Source: Methanobacteriota archaeon (lineage in GTDB: Archaea; Thermoplasmatota; Thermoplasmata; SG8-5; DAIRED01). From it: DNA of 64,000 nucleotides. Made by a program: the position numbers and the translations under genes. The DNA lies in NCBI GenBank assembly GCA_043799545.1, contig JAZDNO010000002.1, forward strand, positions 42,269-106,268, written 5' to 3'. The notes under the pieces are model-generated. The model was given only the letters and a program-made list of their open reading frames with translations, ran no database searches and was not told where the DNA came from. Positions 1 to 10,908 of this stretch are shown one piece after another (position 1 is the first letter of the stretch; every line of letters begins with the position of its first letter).

Positions 1-653
1 GTGACGTCCTGCGCCCAGCCCCGCGCCCTCAACTGTCGCACGAGCCTCTCCACCTGGTTCGCCGAAGGCGTGTAGAACGCGGCAGACGCCCCGGGCCTGA
101 GAGAGCTCTCCGCGAATTCGAGCATGTCCCACGGGTTCGGGACGTCGGCAACGAGAGCGTCGCTGTCCTCTTTCCCCCGGGATTTCGCGGCATCCCCTTC
201 GACGAGCGAGACCCTTTCCGAGAGCCCCGCGCGCTCGAGATTTTTCCTGACGAGCTCTATCGATTTCGGCTCTATCTCATGAGTCGTAACATGGCCGTCC
301 TTTCCCACGAAAGATGCCAGAGCAAGCGTCATGTACCCCGAGCCAGCCCCAATTTCCACAACCCGCGCCTCGGGCCTTATTCCGAGCCTTGCCACGATTG
401 GACCGGTGTCCTTGAGCGTTATTATCTGGGCGCGCCGCTCGCAAAGCGTCAGGATGTCTGCCAGCCCAGCTTCCCGGAGGACCACGTACGTCTCTCCGCA
501 GAACTCGAATATCGCGCCGTCCGCCAGACCGGCGAGCTGGCGCGGGTCCAGTATCCCCAGGCCAGCGACCTTGACATGATCCCCGGTTGTCGTTACCAAG
601 TGCGTCTTGAAGTCCTTCAACGAGACAAGCAGCCTGCGGTCATCGCCGTGCAT
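1..653 (-). CDS. trmI: tRNA (adenine-N1)-methyltransferase TrmI/GCD14 family, 3' end runs off the window
   Basis: Not in the ORF track; translated by hand from ATG at 653 (GAGGT upstream): ...RRAQIITLKDTGPIVARLGIRPEARVVEIGAGSGYMT...HEIEPKS...ALVADVPNPWDM...FYTPSANQVE. This has the SAM-binding GxGSG and the D-x-P-x-P-W motif of TrmI. Confidence 0.9.
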   Translation of the reverse strand, partial: MHGDDRRLLVSLKDFKTHLVTTTGDHVKVAGLGILDPRQLAGLADGAIFEFCGETYVVLREAGLADILTLCERRAQIITLKDTGPIVARLGIRPEARVVEIGAGSGYMTLALASFVGKDGHVTTHEIEPKSIELVRKNLERAGLSERVSLVEGDAAKSRGKEDSDALVADVPNPWDMLEFAESSLRPGASAAFYTPSANQVERLVRQLRARGWAQDV

Positions 654-948
654 CGACCTCGCGAACACACGCATCGATATATGCATTGTGCAAACGGCAC
701 CTACGGCTTTTGCCGAAGAGCATGTGCGTCTTTCGCCGTATATAAAAAGACATTTTACTAATCCAACTCACGGACAAGTGATGTTATGTAATATTAGCTT
801 GATTTATTATCAAAATTAATTGTTGTGCTTATTTGTAATAATACTATATATAAAGGAGTGTTTTTAGAGAAAAGTTTATATATATCTATAACTCTCCCAG
901 AAACAATGAGCCGCAAGTGGCGGCCATAAGAAAAATAGGAGGAATATA

Positions 949-3690
949 ATGGAAAAGATTTGGCAGAAGGGATGCGCCATGGTGCTGGCAAGCTTCATGG
1001 TAATGACGGCGCTGGCAGTCTTTGCGACACCGGTATTGGCGGACGAGTACGCCGCACGCACCGGCGGGCGCATGGGCTGGAATATCCACTGGGTGGACTA
1101 CCGAATGGCGGACGACCCAGCTGTCGATGCTGAGGATGAGAAAATCATCTTCAACTACGACGGGGAAAACGGCAATATGTACTACCTGGGAGATGACGAG
1201 TCTAGCCTATCGTTCCGCCTATGGTCGAGCGGATGGGACACGACCGCAGGTGGATCGAACGGGATTGACAACGACGGCACATGGGTTAACGTCACACTTG
1301 TGGACGGGAACGCGACCGATGCAGTGAAGCCTGGAGACGACTACTTCAGAAGCTTCAACGGCTTGTGGACAAACGACTCATACGACAGGATCTACTTCAC
1401 AGTCGACATCGCCAACAACGGAACTGTCGAAAAATTCTACCCGCTCACTGTGAGGATTTCATACAGAAATGAAACCATGGCACCGACTGACGCCTACCTC
1501 ATCGACACGATTGGCATCGACATCTACGTCTCGTCCGTCTTCCACGACGACGACGGCGATGACTCAAGAGACATGGCCGACACCCTGACCTACGACGGCG
1601 ACGACGGCTCGTGGGACTGGGACAAGAACTTCCTCAAGGACGATGGCGGAGACTTCGGGTTCGAACCTGGCGACACGTTCGAGGACGGCTTGTTCGAGGC
1701 TGACTTCGACGCACCTTTCGACATGATAAACACTATGCTGACACTGACCCCTCCGACAGGTGGCAACATCACATATGCCGCGAACTACGCCCAGAGCATG
1801 GGTCGGAACTCGGGCAACATCGACTTCAACTACAGGGTAAACGTGGCACCGCAGACCCCCGCAGGGATATACCATGGAACGGCAGCCTTGGGATTCACCA
1901 GGGATGACCACGGATACAACCAGAACATCGTCGAAGGCGCAAGGTCTTACGACGTTTGCGTAGACTACACGTACGCCGACCGCGGCGCGTTCACCCGCGA
2001 CGACCTGGGCAACTGGTACTCCGAGTACGCGATGGTCGCGACCGAGGTCAATATAACGGACATCGGCGAGGTAATAGACGACGTGACGCCGACGAACGAC
2101 ACAGGCAACACCACCGGCAACGGCACGAGGCAGATCGACATCTTCGAGCTCCCGAGCGACACCTACGAGCAGAGCACCTTCAGCGACAAGCTGATTACCT
2201 TCGACGTGACGATACAGAACAACGGCAACACCGAGCTCTTCAACGTCGAGTTCTACTTCGACCCCCAGACCGGCACACCCGGGGAATGGGACTACTTTCG
2301 CAACCCTAACTTCTTCTATGACTCTTGGGATATGCAGTATGATACTGCTAGGATGTTTATTGAGAGCTTCCCTGTGGGTGCGGAGGAAACGTTCACAATC
2401 CAGGCGACGGTAGTCAAGGAAATCCCGGTCGGCGAGCACAGGCTCCCGATATTCTACACGGGATACTACTTCGACGCAGGCGTGCTCCTGACAGACACCG
2501 ACTTCGTCGAGACGGACGAATACACGGTCTACTTCAGCATCTTCGTGACTGACGGACAGATGGACTGCAAGGTGGACGATGTCTGGACTCCGAACAACAA
2601 CTACGGCACTGACGACACGACCGACATCTTCGTCAACGTGGACATCTGGAACCTAGAGGGTTACGCCTTCATCGATGTCATTGCGACAGCCGACTTCACA
2701 GGGACGCCATTCTACGACCCGATGATTGGTCAGAGCGCGAACCGCATCATCCCGGCAGAGCAGACCCCGTGGGACTACTGGGGACCAATAGACTCAGGTT
2801 GGGACGAGATGGACCTCGACTTCTGGGTCGACATGCAGACCGACCTCACACCAGACAAGTACCCGTTCACGATAACGCTGGTCGCGATAATCGAGACGAC
2901 CCTAGAGGAGGTCACGACGACAATCCCAGCCACGCTTGTCATAGAAGGCTACGGCCCGAGGATCTGGATTGAGGCATTCGCGACATCCGAGATCAAGGCC
3001 GGCAACTACTTCGACCTGAACCTCACGGTCACGAACAGCGGCGACGACGACCTCAGGGACACCTGGGCCTACATCGGAGCTGACGGCGTCGAGCCGGCAG
3101 GGTACCTGTACGATGAAGTGATTTGCAATGTCATCGGCCAGATACAGAGGGAGAGCGAGGAATTCAACGGATCTGGAGATTTCCTGGGCGAGGAATTTAA
3201 CATCTCCGAGTCATATACCTGGGACGGAGCCGAAGTCACCCTCGAAGACCTGGACATCGACAGCGCCAAGGAAATCGTGGCACTGAACCTATACATCGAC
3301 GGTGTCTACTCCTCGCCGAGCGCGGTCATCACACTGCTCTACATCGGCACAATCGCCGCTGGCGAGAGTGTCCAGGTGGACTACCAGATGATGGCGGACA
3401 AGGATATGGTCGACGGCAAGCCATACGTCATAACTGTGGAAGTCTGGGGCATAGACTCAGAGGGAAACGGTTACGACATGGGCGAAGGCTACGGTGTTGA
3501 CATTACTGTCAAGACCGCGAAAGAGGGAGCCGGTTCGTACAACCCCGTAGAGACGGACTACTTCATGGGCGGCATGCAGATAATGGGCCTCGTGCTCTTT
3601 ATCATCATCGTCATCGCCATACTGTTCTACGTCCTCCGGAGGGTCGTCTTCCCGCCGAAGAAGGAGCAGCCACCGGTGCCACCGCAGTAA
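949..3690 (+). CDS. Secreted, C-terminally anchored acidic surface protein (COG1361 S-layer-domain-like)
   Basis: 913 aa with signal peptide, D/E/T-rich beta-sandwich segments (FDLNLTVTNSG) and a C-terminal hydrophobic helix followed by RR. TATA-like tttatata near 875-885. Confidence 0.7.
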   Translation: MEKIWQKGCAMVLASFMVMTALAVFATPVLADEYAARTGGRMGWNIHWVDYRMADDPAVDAEDEKIIFNYDGENGNMYYLGDDESSLSFRLWSSGWDTTAGGSNGIDNDGTWVNVTLVDGNATDAVKPGDDYFRSFNGLWTNDSYDRIYFTVDIANNGTVEKFYPLTVRISYRNETMAPTDAYLIDTIGIDIYVSSVFHDDDGDDSRDMADTLTYDGDDGSWDWDKNFLKDDGGDFGFEPGDTFEDGLFEADFDAPFDMINTMLTLTPPTGGNITYAANYAQSMGRNSGNIDFNYRVNVAPQTPAGIYHGTAALGFTRDDHGYNQNIVEGARSYDVCVDYTYADRGAFTRDDLGNWYSEYAMVATEVNITDIGEVIDDVTPTNDTGNTTGNGTRQIDIFELPSDTYEQSTFSDKLITFDVTIQNNGNTELFNVEFYFDPQTGTPGEWDYFRNPNFFYDSWDMQYDTARMFIESFPVGAEETFTIQATVVKEIPVGEHRLPIFYTGYYFDAGVLLTDTDFVETDEYTVYFSIFVTDGQMDCKVDDVWTPNNNYGTDDTTDIFVNVDIWNLEGYAFIDVIATADFTGTPFYDPMIGQSANRIIPAEQTPWDYWGPIDSGWDEMDLDFWVDMQTDLTPDKYPFTITLVAIIETTLEEVTTTIPATLVIEGYGPRIWIEAFATSEIKAGNYFDLNLTVTNSGDDDLRDTWAYIGADGVEPAGYLYDEVICNVIGQIQRESEEFNGSGDFLGEEFNISESYTWDGAEVTLEDLDIDSAKEIVALNLYIDGVYSSPSAVITLLYIGTIAAGESVQVDYQMMADKDMVDGKPYVITVEVWGIDSEGNGYDMGEGYGVDITVKTAKEGAGSYNPVETDYFMGGMQIMGLVLFIIIVIAILFYVLRRVVFPPKKEQPPVPPQ

Positions 3691-3709
3691 ACACCATAGT
3701 ACGACTGAT

Positions 3710-3727
3710 GGGCTCCGAAAGGAGCCC
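3710..3727 (+). terminator. GC-rich hairpin downstream of the surface-protein gene
   Basis: GGGCTCC-GAAA-GGAGCCC, a perfect 7-bp stem 20 nt after the stop, with a T-rich tract further downstream. Confidence 0.45.
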
Positions 3728-3834
3728 CTAAAACTCTTAATCCACTTTTCATTTCTTCTTCTGTTGGCGGAAACGCTGCTCACCGAAATTTATATATCGG
3801 CATTTTCCTTACCTATTCCCTGGATGGATGCACC

Positions 3835-5118
3835 ATGGTCGAGAAAGGGATAGCCCTAGGGATACTGATTATCGTCTACGCCCTGATGATATCCGAGAAG
3901 GTCCACCGCACGGTGGCCGTGCTGATGGGGGCGGCCATGATGGTCGGGCTCGGCATCGTCAGCGAGTTCCAGGTCATCAAGTTCATCCACTGGGAGGCGC
4001 TCGGGCTAATATTCGGGATGTTCATCATCGTCGGAGCCCTGGCCGAGACCGGGTTCTTCCGATGGGTAGGCCTCCACGCCCTAAAGTTCACCAAGTTCAA
4101 TCCGCTCAAGATTTTCATCCTTTTCTCGGTGATATCGGCGTTGCTGGCGGCATTCATGGACAGCATCACGGTCATGATTTTCATGGCGACCCTCACAATC
4201 GAGGCGTGCAGGGTGATGGACGTCAAGCCGATTCCGTTCCTGATTGCGCAGATAGCATCCGCCAACATAGGCGGCGCTGCCACGATGGTGGGGGACCCGC
4301 CGAACGTGCTCATCGGCACTACGCTTGGATACTCATTCATGGACTTCGTCGTCAACGTTGGCCCGATAGCCATCGTCCTCTTCATCGTCAACATCGTGCT
4401 CATGAGGTACATATTCCGCAAGTCGTTCATCAAGCACCCGGTGGACATGGATAAGATTTACAAGGAGCACGCGGAGCTCGTGCCGTTCAGCGCGGTCAAG
4501 GACGTCAGGCACATGCGCATAACGCTGGCCATCTTCGCCTTCACGGTCACGATGCTGGTCCTGCACCAGTTCCTCGACATGGTTGTGGCGACGGTGGCGA
4601 TGATTGGTGCCACGCTGGTCTTGCTGGCCGGAGGACCGAAGGCCCCCGAGCTCGTAGAGAAGATTGATTGGCATACAATCCTGTTCCTCGCGGGGCTATT
4701 CATAGTCGTCGGCGGCCTGGACGCCGTTGGCCTCCTCACGGACTTCGCCAGGTTCATCGTCTCCTCGACCGGCGGCAATCCGATAATCATAGTCTCCGCC
4801 CTGCTCTGGGTGTTCGCACCCATCTCGGCCTTCCTGGACAACGTGCCGTTCGCGGCGGCGATGATACCAGTCATTAAGACAATCAACGAGACCACGGGGA
4901 TGCCCCTGCCGACGCTAGCCTGGACCCTGGCGATAGTCGCGGACGTCAGCGGCAACGCCACGCCGATAGGCTCGAGCGCCAGCGTCGTGGGCGTGTCCGT
5001 GGCGAAGCGCGAAGGAATCCAAATCAGCTGGAAGGAATATTGCAGGACGGCCTTCCCCGCCATGCTTGTCTGCATAGCCGTGGCCAACGTCATGATAGTG
5101 GCGATATTCCTGCTCTGA
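3835..5118 (+). CDS. ArsB/NhaD (CitMHS/P-protein-like) ion transporter
   Basis: 427 aa, multi-TM, with SAFMDSITV, ANIGGAATMVGDPPN, SAFLDNVP and GNATPIGSSAS motifs. Confidence 0.9.
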   Translation: MVEKGIALGILIIVYALMISEKVHRTVAVLMGAAMMVGLGIVSEFQVIKFIHWEALGLIFGMFIIVGALAETGFFRWVGLHALKFTKFNPLKIFILFSVISALLAAFMDSITVMIFMATLTIEACRVMDVKPIPFLIAQIASANIGGAATMVGDPPNVLIGTTLGYSFMDFVVNVGPIAIVLFIVNIVLMRYIFRKSFIKHPVDMDKIYKEHAELVPFSAVKDVRHMRITLAIFAFTVTMLVLHQFLDMVVATVAMIGATLVLLAGGPKAPELVEKIDWHTILFLAGLFIVVGGLDAVGLLTDFARFIVSSTGGNPIIIVSALLWVFAPISAFLDNVPFAAAMIPVIKTINETTGMPLPTLAWTLAIVADVSGNATPIGSSASVVGVSVAKREGIQISWKEYCRTAFPAMLVCIAVANVMIVAIFLL

Positions 5119-5176
5119 ATCGGATGTGCCGCCTCAGAGCGATATCCTCATATATTGTCCTTGCATCCCAGGGGCG

Positions 5177-5836
5177 ATGGCCAAGAAAGTGAAGACCGAC
5201 GAGGAGGAAGCCCCCGTCTTCAAATACCCTGAGTTCGACGAGAAGCAGTACCTCCGGGAGGAGATGCGGGACTCGAAGGCGATAATCGCATCGGCGCTGG
5301 TGGCCTTGCCGATGGCCGCGGTCGCTGCGATGATAACGGCTTCTTTCAGCCCCACCGCAGGAATCGTCATGGGTCTCGCTGGCTTCGCCGTCATCTACTA
5401 CATTTTCATCTTCCTGTTCAAGGACCTATCGGGCTTCAAAATCAAGCACTGGCTGATGTCGATTGGCGGATACTTCCTCACCTTCCTAGCGCTCTGGATA
5501 CTTTTCATCAACCCGCCGTTCATGGACCTCTCCGGCCCAGTGATAGAGAAGCCGCAGTACACCACGGCGCTTCCAGACTTCGTCGCCGTCGAGGACGACC
5601 TCATCGACCTGCCAGACGGAACGGGCGACTGGATAGTCCGCGTGCGCGTCGCAGACAACGTCGGGTTGGAGGGGCTGCCCCAGCTCATTGCAGGGAGCTC
5701 CGCGCCGGTCGGCATGACACCCGTCCCAGGGGAGAGAGGGGTGTATGAGGCAGCTGTGAGCGGCATAGTGGGAGTCACGATAACTGCGACAGATGTCAAC
5801 GGCCACGAGACAAACTATTCGCTGAGCGTCTATTGA
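5177..5836 (+). CDS. Membrane protein with N-terminal TM bundle and C-terminal extracellular Ig-like domain
   Basis: Start moved to ATG 5177 (MAKKVKT) within track ORF 5126..5836; about 3 TM helices then a beta-rich domain. Confidence 0.65.
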   Translation: MAKKVKTDEEEAPVFKYPEFDEKQYLREEMRDSKAIIASALVALPMAAVAAMITASFSPTAGIVMGLAGFAVIYYIFIFLFKDLSGFKIKHWLMSIGGYFLTFLALWILFINPPFMDLSGPVIEKPQYTTALPDFVAVEDDLIDLPDGTGDWIVRVRVADNVGLEGLPQLIAGSSAPVGMTPVPGERGVYEAAVSGIVGVTITATDVNGHETNYSLSVY

Positions 5837-5873
5837 GAAGTGTAACTCACGGCACATTCTCGCGGTACTGAGT

Positions 5874-7253
5874 TCAAACAGTCCACGGCATCCGCTTGTC
5901 CAGAAGGGCGCTCATCGCTCCCCGGTGCTCCTCCCGGAGCAGCTCGCTTAACCGCTTTATCTTGTAAGAGCCCTTCACGGGCTCGTTGAGGTGCTTGCCC
6001 AGGTCCAGGCCGGGAATGTTGGCTTCCAGCAGCGCCTTTGCATCGCAGTATTTCCTCGAGATGTCCACGTACCACCTCGCCCCGACGAGGAACGGCGGGC
6101 TGAGCGCAGCCTTGCTGTCACGCCACTTCTCCACGAACTCCTTCGCGTTCGGCACGTCCACGGGCGGCCCCTCGTGCCTCAGCACTCCCGGAAGCTGCGC
6201 GGACTCCAGCTCCACTATCACCATCGTGTCCAATCCTGACGCGTAAACTGCCGAGTCTATGACCTTGAAACCGTAGTGCGCGAACAGGTCGCAAAGGGCG
6301 CGCTCGCACTTCTTCACCTGCGGCCAGACCGTATCGTCGCCAATGTCTGGCGCCCTGAATTGTATCGCTATCGGCTCCGTCCCCCGCTCGCCCATGAGGC
6401 GCTCTATATCGCCCAGGGGAAGGGGTTTCCTCTCGCGCGGGAAGAAGAAGCGCTCCGACTGCCTGCCCAGGTAGTCCCCCGCCGCCTGCATGAACTGGGC
6501 CATCATCCTGTCTCCCAGGGCCGCCGCGACGTTCCGCTTGTCGTCCACCGGGTCCACGAACACCAGAGGCTCGTCGAACTTCTTTGCCGGCCTCGTCTCA
6601 GGTAGGCTGATTGCCTCGCCCACGCGCCACTTGCTCGCGGCCTGGAGCACCCCTCTGAAAGTGCCGTACCTCAGGACTAGAAGTTCTACCAGGTATCCTG
6701 AAAAACCGCTTATCTTCGCCTCGGCGCCGTACACGCCCGTACCTTTCATGAAGAGCTTGAGCATGCGCACGTCGTCGCGCTGGCCGTCCTCGATTTTCCC
6801 GAGGACGAACTCGGTGTGGAACGGCGTGCGGTCCACGGCGGTCATGCGCTGCTCTGGAGAGTCAATTTTGTAAGACGGGACGATGTCCACTTCCATGCCG
6901 TCGTAGACTCCGTGCATGTAAGGATGCTCTGCGTACCTGGCCTCGCCCTTTACCACTGACTGCCCCAGCTCCAGGCCTACCTTTTCCAGCCGCTCGCGCT
7001 CCACCTTCGGAGGGAAGAGGAGGAACATGTCTATGTCCGGCTCCCTCAGGTGGGTGCCCTTGGCTATGGAGCCGACGAGGATGGTTTCTACGTTTATTTC
7101 TGTCTTCGCGATTTCCCGCTTCAGCGCGCGCTGGAGCTTAGCCACAACCTCCTTGATTCTGCGGTCCTCCGTGGCCGTGGGCCTCGCCCGTTCCAGCGCC
7201 TTGAGCTCCAAATCCGTGAAAGACATGATGCGCCTCCCGAACGCTTCCTCCAT
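5874..7253 (-). CDS. cca: Archaeal (class I) CCA-adding tRNA nucleotidyltransferase
   Basis: LVGSIAKGTHLREPDIDMF, YAEHPY, DIVP, AVDRTPFH, GFSGYLVELL and DPVD motifs. Start at 7253 overlaps the upstream stop (TAATG); 7226 is an alternative start. Confidence 0.95.
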   Translation of the reverse strand: MEEAFGRRIMSFTDLELKALERARPTATEDRRIKEVVAKLQRALKREIAKTEINVETILVGSIAKGTHLREPDIDMFLLFPPKVERERLEKVGLELGQSVVKGEARYAEHPYMHGVYDGMEVDIVPSYKIDSPEQRMTAVDRTPFHTEFVLGKIEDGQRDDVRMLKLFMKGTGVYGAEAKISGFSGYLVELLVLRYGTFRGVLQAASKWRVGEAISLPETRPAKKFDEPLVFVDPVDDKRNVAAALGDRMMAQFMQAAGDYLGRQSERFFFPRERKPLPLGDIERLMGERGTEPIAIQFRAPDIGDDTVWPQVKKCERALCDLFAHYGFKVIDSAVYASGLDTMVIVELESAQLPGVLRHEGPPVDVPNAKEFVEKWRDSKAALSPPFLVGARWYVDISRKYCDAKALLEANIPGLDLGKHLNEPVKGSYKIKRLSELLREEHRGAMSALLDKRMPWTV

Positions 7254-7465
7254 TAAGGCTTTTTCGCGCCCCAAGCGAGGCCGAGCGCGGCGAGGACGGC
7301 ACCGATTGAGAACATTGCTATCCACAATCCCCACGTGCCCCAGTTGCCTTCGACCGCGCAGCTCGGGCAGTACTGGCCCAGGTAGGCGAAGAGCGTCAGG
7401 ACCATGAGGAGCAGTCCCACGACGAACATCAGGGTGTGGGGCTTCATATTGCCGGTTTCGGCCAT
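7253..7465 (-). CDS. Small two-TM membrane protein with a CxxC in the loop
   Basis: 70 aa, two hydrophobic helices flanking YCPSC; translationally coupled to cca. Confidence 0.6.
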   Translation of the reverse strand: MAETGNMKPHTLMFVVGLLLMVLTLFAYLGQYCPSCAVEGNWGTWGLWIAMFSIGAVLAALGLAWGAKKP

Positions 7466-7524
7466 TTATGCGGATTGGCCAGGGGGTATAAGAAGGGAGC
7501 GCCGGAGAAACAATGCTTCAGCGT

Positions 7525-10269
7525 TTATTTGCGTGGGGGAGACCGTACATATCTTCTCATTCCGAGGAAAAACGTGGATACAGCCACAGCTACGCAGATG
7601 ACGCCAATGGCGACGACAAACTGCGTAGATATAAATGGTTCCTTGGGTTCTGGCGGAGGCGGTGGAGGCGGTATACCAAAGTTGATTGTACCGGATGCTG
7701 AACCGAAATCGGGATGGCTGACAATAATATCCACGGCGAACGTATGCATTTGTAAATAACTTGAATTGGCTCTAAACTCCAACACAGCGATTCCATCGGA
7801 ATTTGTATCTGTGTCCCCAGAAATCGTCAGCCCAGCTTCGGATGGCACGGCTTCGACTGTCGCGCCTTCCACGGGATTGCCGACTTGATCTTTGACCGTG
7901 ACCGTTATTTTCGTCGTTGTGCCAGGTTCCAGAACATCAGTCTCGACTTCTATTCTTAACCTTAGGAATGTTGCGCCTTCCTTTTTCACGATGATCACGC
8001 TGGCCTTCGACGGCGCCGGGTCGTAGTCTATCCCGATGCGTCCCTTCGTCGCCCCGAGAAGGCTTATCGCCACCTTCGTGTCGTTGCCCGCGTTCCGCGG
8101 AACATAAGGCGCGGTCCACTCGATCTTCGCCTGCCCGTTCCCCAGCGTTGTCGCGTTGCACTCGCGCAGCCCGTTTGCGAATGTGCCGTTGGCGCAACTC
8201 AGTTCAACCGTTGCACCTTCGACCAATGTACCATTCTGGTCCTTCACGGTCACTATGATGTCACTCTCCGAAGCGGATGGGACTGGCGATTCGACCGACA
8301 TCGTGGCCTTCAACCGATACTCGCCTGGCGGGTGGATGCCCATAATGGAGCGCCATGAGAAGATGGAACCTGTCGGGCCGACGGTCCAGTTGACGAAGCG
8401 GTCGGAACGGTAAGCCTCGATGTTAGTTTTGAAGTAGAGAACGTTGTACGGCTGGTCGTAGGCGATTGCGGCCTGGGCGTCCCTGATGGCTTTGTGCTTG
8501 ACGGCTGTGTCGTTCGTGCTCCTGGCGAGGTCTAAAAGAGCGTCGAAAGATACATTCCTATACCCGGGATAATTCTGCCCCGATTCCGTATTGTCCGAGT
8601 GGAAGAAGGCGTACATGAAATCGGTCGGGTCAGAACCAATGCGCCATCCCATCTCAAACATGTCGAAGTTCCGCTGATCGACCCTGGTAACAATCGTGCC
8701 GAAATCAAGGGCGATGGATTCCGCGTTTATACCGACGTTCTGCATCTGCGTCGCCATCATAATCCCAGGCTGCGCAGCTATCGGATCGTAATCGGCTGGC
8801 GGTGTGAGGATTTCGATTTTTCCACCGTCCCCACTTCCTATCGGTGTACCGTCAGGGTTCTTCCACCAGTTTCCTCTTCCAGGGGGTTTTGTCGGGTCTG
8901 TGAGTTGATAGTCATCAGATGTTCCGTCAATTCCATCCGCCCCGTAATCGAGGGTTTCTTTCGCCTTCGTGATGTTGAATTCATATTGCGGTATGCTCTC
9001 GTTGAACCATTCAGTGTCGATTGCACTTATGGGTCCGTCAGCTGCTATGCCGAAGTTCTGGAGGATTCTTTCGACAATCTCCTTTTTGTTTATGCAATAA
9101 GCGATTGCCTGCCGCAAAGGCTTTCCGTAATCCCCTTTCGCAGGGTCGTTGTCCAGATAACCGAAAGACTTCTTCCGCATGTTGAATGCCAGGTATTTGA
9201 AACCTTTCTCAGCGGATTGTGAAATCCCGATATTCTCATCGTTTATTAGGTCCGGCACGTACGTCGGCGGTATCGACCATGCGATGTAATCTACATCACC
9301 TTGTTGCAATGCCTGGACGGCCTGTTCGGCGGTTTTATAAATTTTAAAAACAATTGCGTCGATGTAGGGTTGCTGTCGGCTGAAATGCTCCCGCCATGTG
9401 TTTATCCGCGCCTGCTGCCCGGGCGTCCAGCTGTCGAACTTGAAAGGTCCGCTGCCGATGGCTTCTTTATTCTCGAACGCCAATGCTTTTGCCGTGCTCC
9501 AGCATCTCGGGTCTGTCGCAGGCAGGAACGGGTCCGCGTTGTCGTAGTCCTGCCCCCCGATTATGTTCGCCCAGATGTGCTGGGGGAGTATGAAAACCGA
9601 TAGAGTGTTGCGGATGAAGTCTGCGAACGGTGTCTGGAGATAGAACCTCAGCGCCGCGATTTTGCCATCCGCGCTCTCGTAATATTTCTTCATACCGAGC
9701 CAGTGCGTGTCAGAATAGTTTGAACCTGCTTCTCCGCCCTTGTCCATCAAACACTTGACGCTGGCCGCCCAGTCAGGCTGGATTGCTTGGATGCCGAACG
9801 AGAACATGATGTCGTTGATGTCCATCTGATGCCCGTCGTGGAACTTGACGTTGGTGAAGTTGTAGTAAACAGTTATCTGACCCGCCTTAGCACTCGGTTC
9901 CCAGTCAGATTTGTTATCGAGATTGAATAGCGACGATGTCGAATAATTCAGAGAGTGGATGGCTATATAAGGAATGAATTTCTCCGAATCGATGAGGTCG
10001 ACGCTTAACGGGGTGTCATAGAGGTATCCCAGCACGTTCCACGTCCACACATCCCCAGCCACCAATGGATTCAGCGATTTCACATCGTCCTGCATCGCCA
10101 CTCTCAAAACGATTTCCTCCCGCGTCCCCACGGTTGCGGGCAGGCCGTCGGGAGCGTCGTCCGCTACCTGGGAGGAGGCGATGGGCAATACACACGCCAG
10201 CAGCAGCGCGACCGCAATGATGCTGCCTACCCGCACACCGTACATGGACGAAAATCGATTGCGGAGCAT
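7525..10269 (-). CDS. ABC transporter substrate-binding protein, family 5 (oligopeptide/nickel), with C-terminal Ig-like domains and TM anchor
   Basis: SLNPL, VKFHDG, IGSGPFKF, LAFNMRK, LRQAIAYCINK and NYPGYRN motifs, then Big_1-like repeats, a poly-Pro linker and a TM helix. Confidence 0.92.
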   Translation of the reverse strand: MLRNRFSSMYGVRVGSIIAVALLLACVLPIASSQVADDAPDGLPATVGTREEIVLRVAMQDDVKSLNPLVAGDVWTWNVLGYLYDTPLSVDLIDSEKFIPYIAIHSLNYSTSSLFNLDNKSDWEPSAKAGQITVYYNFTNVKFHDGHQMDINDIMFSFGIQAIQPDWAASVKCLMDKGGEAGSNYSDTHWLGMKKYYESADGKIAALRFYLQTPFADFIRNTLSVFILPQHIWANIIGGQDYDNADPFLPATDPRCWSTAKALAFENKEAIGSGPFKFDSWTPGQQARINTWREHFSRQQPYIDAIVFKIYKTAEQAVQALQQGDVDYIAWSIPPTYVPDLINDENIGISQSAEKGFKYLAFNMRKKSFGYLDNDPAKGDYGKPLRQAIAYCINKKEIVERILQNFGIAADGPISAIDTEWFNESIPQYEFNITKAKETLDYGADGIDGTSDDYQLTDPTKPPGRGNWWKNPDGTPIGSGDGGKIEILTPPADYDPIAAQPGIMMATQMQNVGINAESIALDFGTIVTRVDQRNFDMFEMGWRIGSDPTDFMYAFFHSDNTESGQNYPGYRNVSFDALLDLARSTNDTAVKHKAIRDAQAAIAYDQPYNVLYFKTNIEAYRSDRFVNWTVGPTGSIFSWRSIMGIHPPGEYRLKATMSVESPVPSASESDIIVTVKDQNGTLVEGATVELSCANGTFANGLRECNATTLGNGQAKIEWTAPYVPRNAGNDTKVAISLLGATKGRIGIDYDPAPSKASVIIVKKEGATFLRLRIEVETDVLEPGTTTKITVTVKDQVGNPVEGATVEAVPSEAGLTISGDTDTNSDGIAVLEFRANSSYLQMHTFAVDIIVSHPDFGSASGTINFGIPPPPPPPEPKEPFISTQFVVAIGVICVAVAVSTFFLGMRRYVRSPPRK

Positions 10270-10333
10270 ATAAAGAGATTGGTTCGCCGTTTTGTCGGAT
10301 ATTTAAGAAGTCCGGTAAGGGTTTTGTGGAGCG

Positions 10334-10858
10334 TCACTTCAACGGTTTTCCGAATTCTTCCGCGCTCGTTATCTCCGCCAGCGCCTTCCTCCGCTTCCCG
10401 ACCAGCGCTCTCGTGAGGTCAATTTTCTCGCGCGGATAGCCCAATGCCAGCAGCGCGACGACGCCGTAATTCTCGGGTATCTTAAGCAGCGCCTTCACCG
10501 CCACTTCGTCGAAGCTGCCAATCCAGCATGTTCCCAAGCCTTCGCTCGTCGCCTGCAGGACCATCGTCTGCATCGCAATCGAGACGTCCACGGCGTTCCA
10601 CTTCGGCGACTTCTTCCTGTCCCCGCAACCGACGATTACGACCGGCGCCTCCTTCAGAAATCGCGCCCACTTGCCCTCCGCCAGCGCGGCGCGCTTCTCT
10701 TTATCGCGAACGACGATGAAGTGCCACGGCTGGTAGTTGGCGGCGGAGGGGGAAATCCTCGCGGACTCCAGAATCCTCTCCAAGACCTCATCCGGGACTG
10801 GCTCGTCCCCGTAGGCGCGCACCGACTTCCTAGTCATTATCGCGTCGAAAACTTCCAT
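10334..10858 (-). CDS. Nitroreductase family protein
   Basis: AIMTRKSVRAY, ARISPSAANYQPWHFIVV, GLGTCWIG and LALGYP motifs. Confidence 0.93.
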   Translation of the reverse strand: MEVFDAIMTRKSVRAYGDEPVPDEVLERILESARISPSAANYQPWHFIVVRDKEKRAALAEGKWARFLKEAPVVIVGCGDRKKSPKWNAVDVSIAMQTMVLQATSEGLGTCWIGSFDEVAVKALLKIPENYGVVALLALGYPREKIDLTRALVGKRRKALAEITSAEEFGKPLK

Positions 10859-10908
10859 GACTGCATCAAGGCGTGCGGACTATTTATCTCTTCCCGGACG
10901 GCTAGCGC

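Noticed and set aside
279-761. 160-aa plus-strand ORF (and 331..579)
   Set aside because: Antisense shadow of trmI.
3700-3740. CTGATG-stem-GAAA sequence resembling a hammerhead ribozyme
   Set aside because: GAAA is the hairpin loop rather than following stem II, A9 is G, and no stem I can form; a plain terminator-like hairpin fits better.
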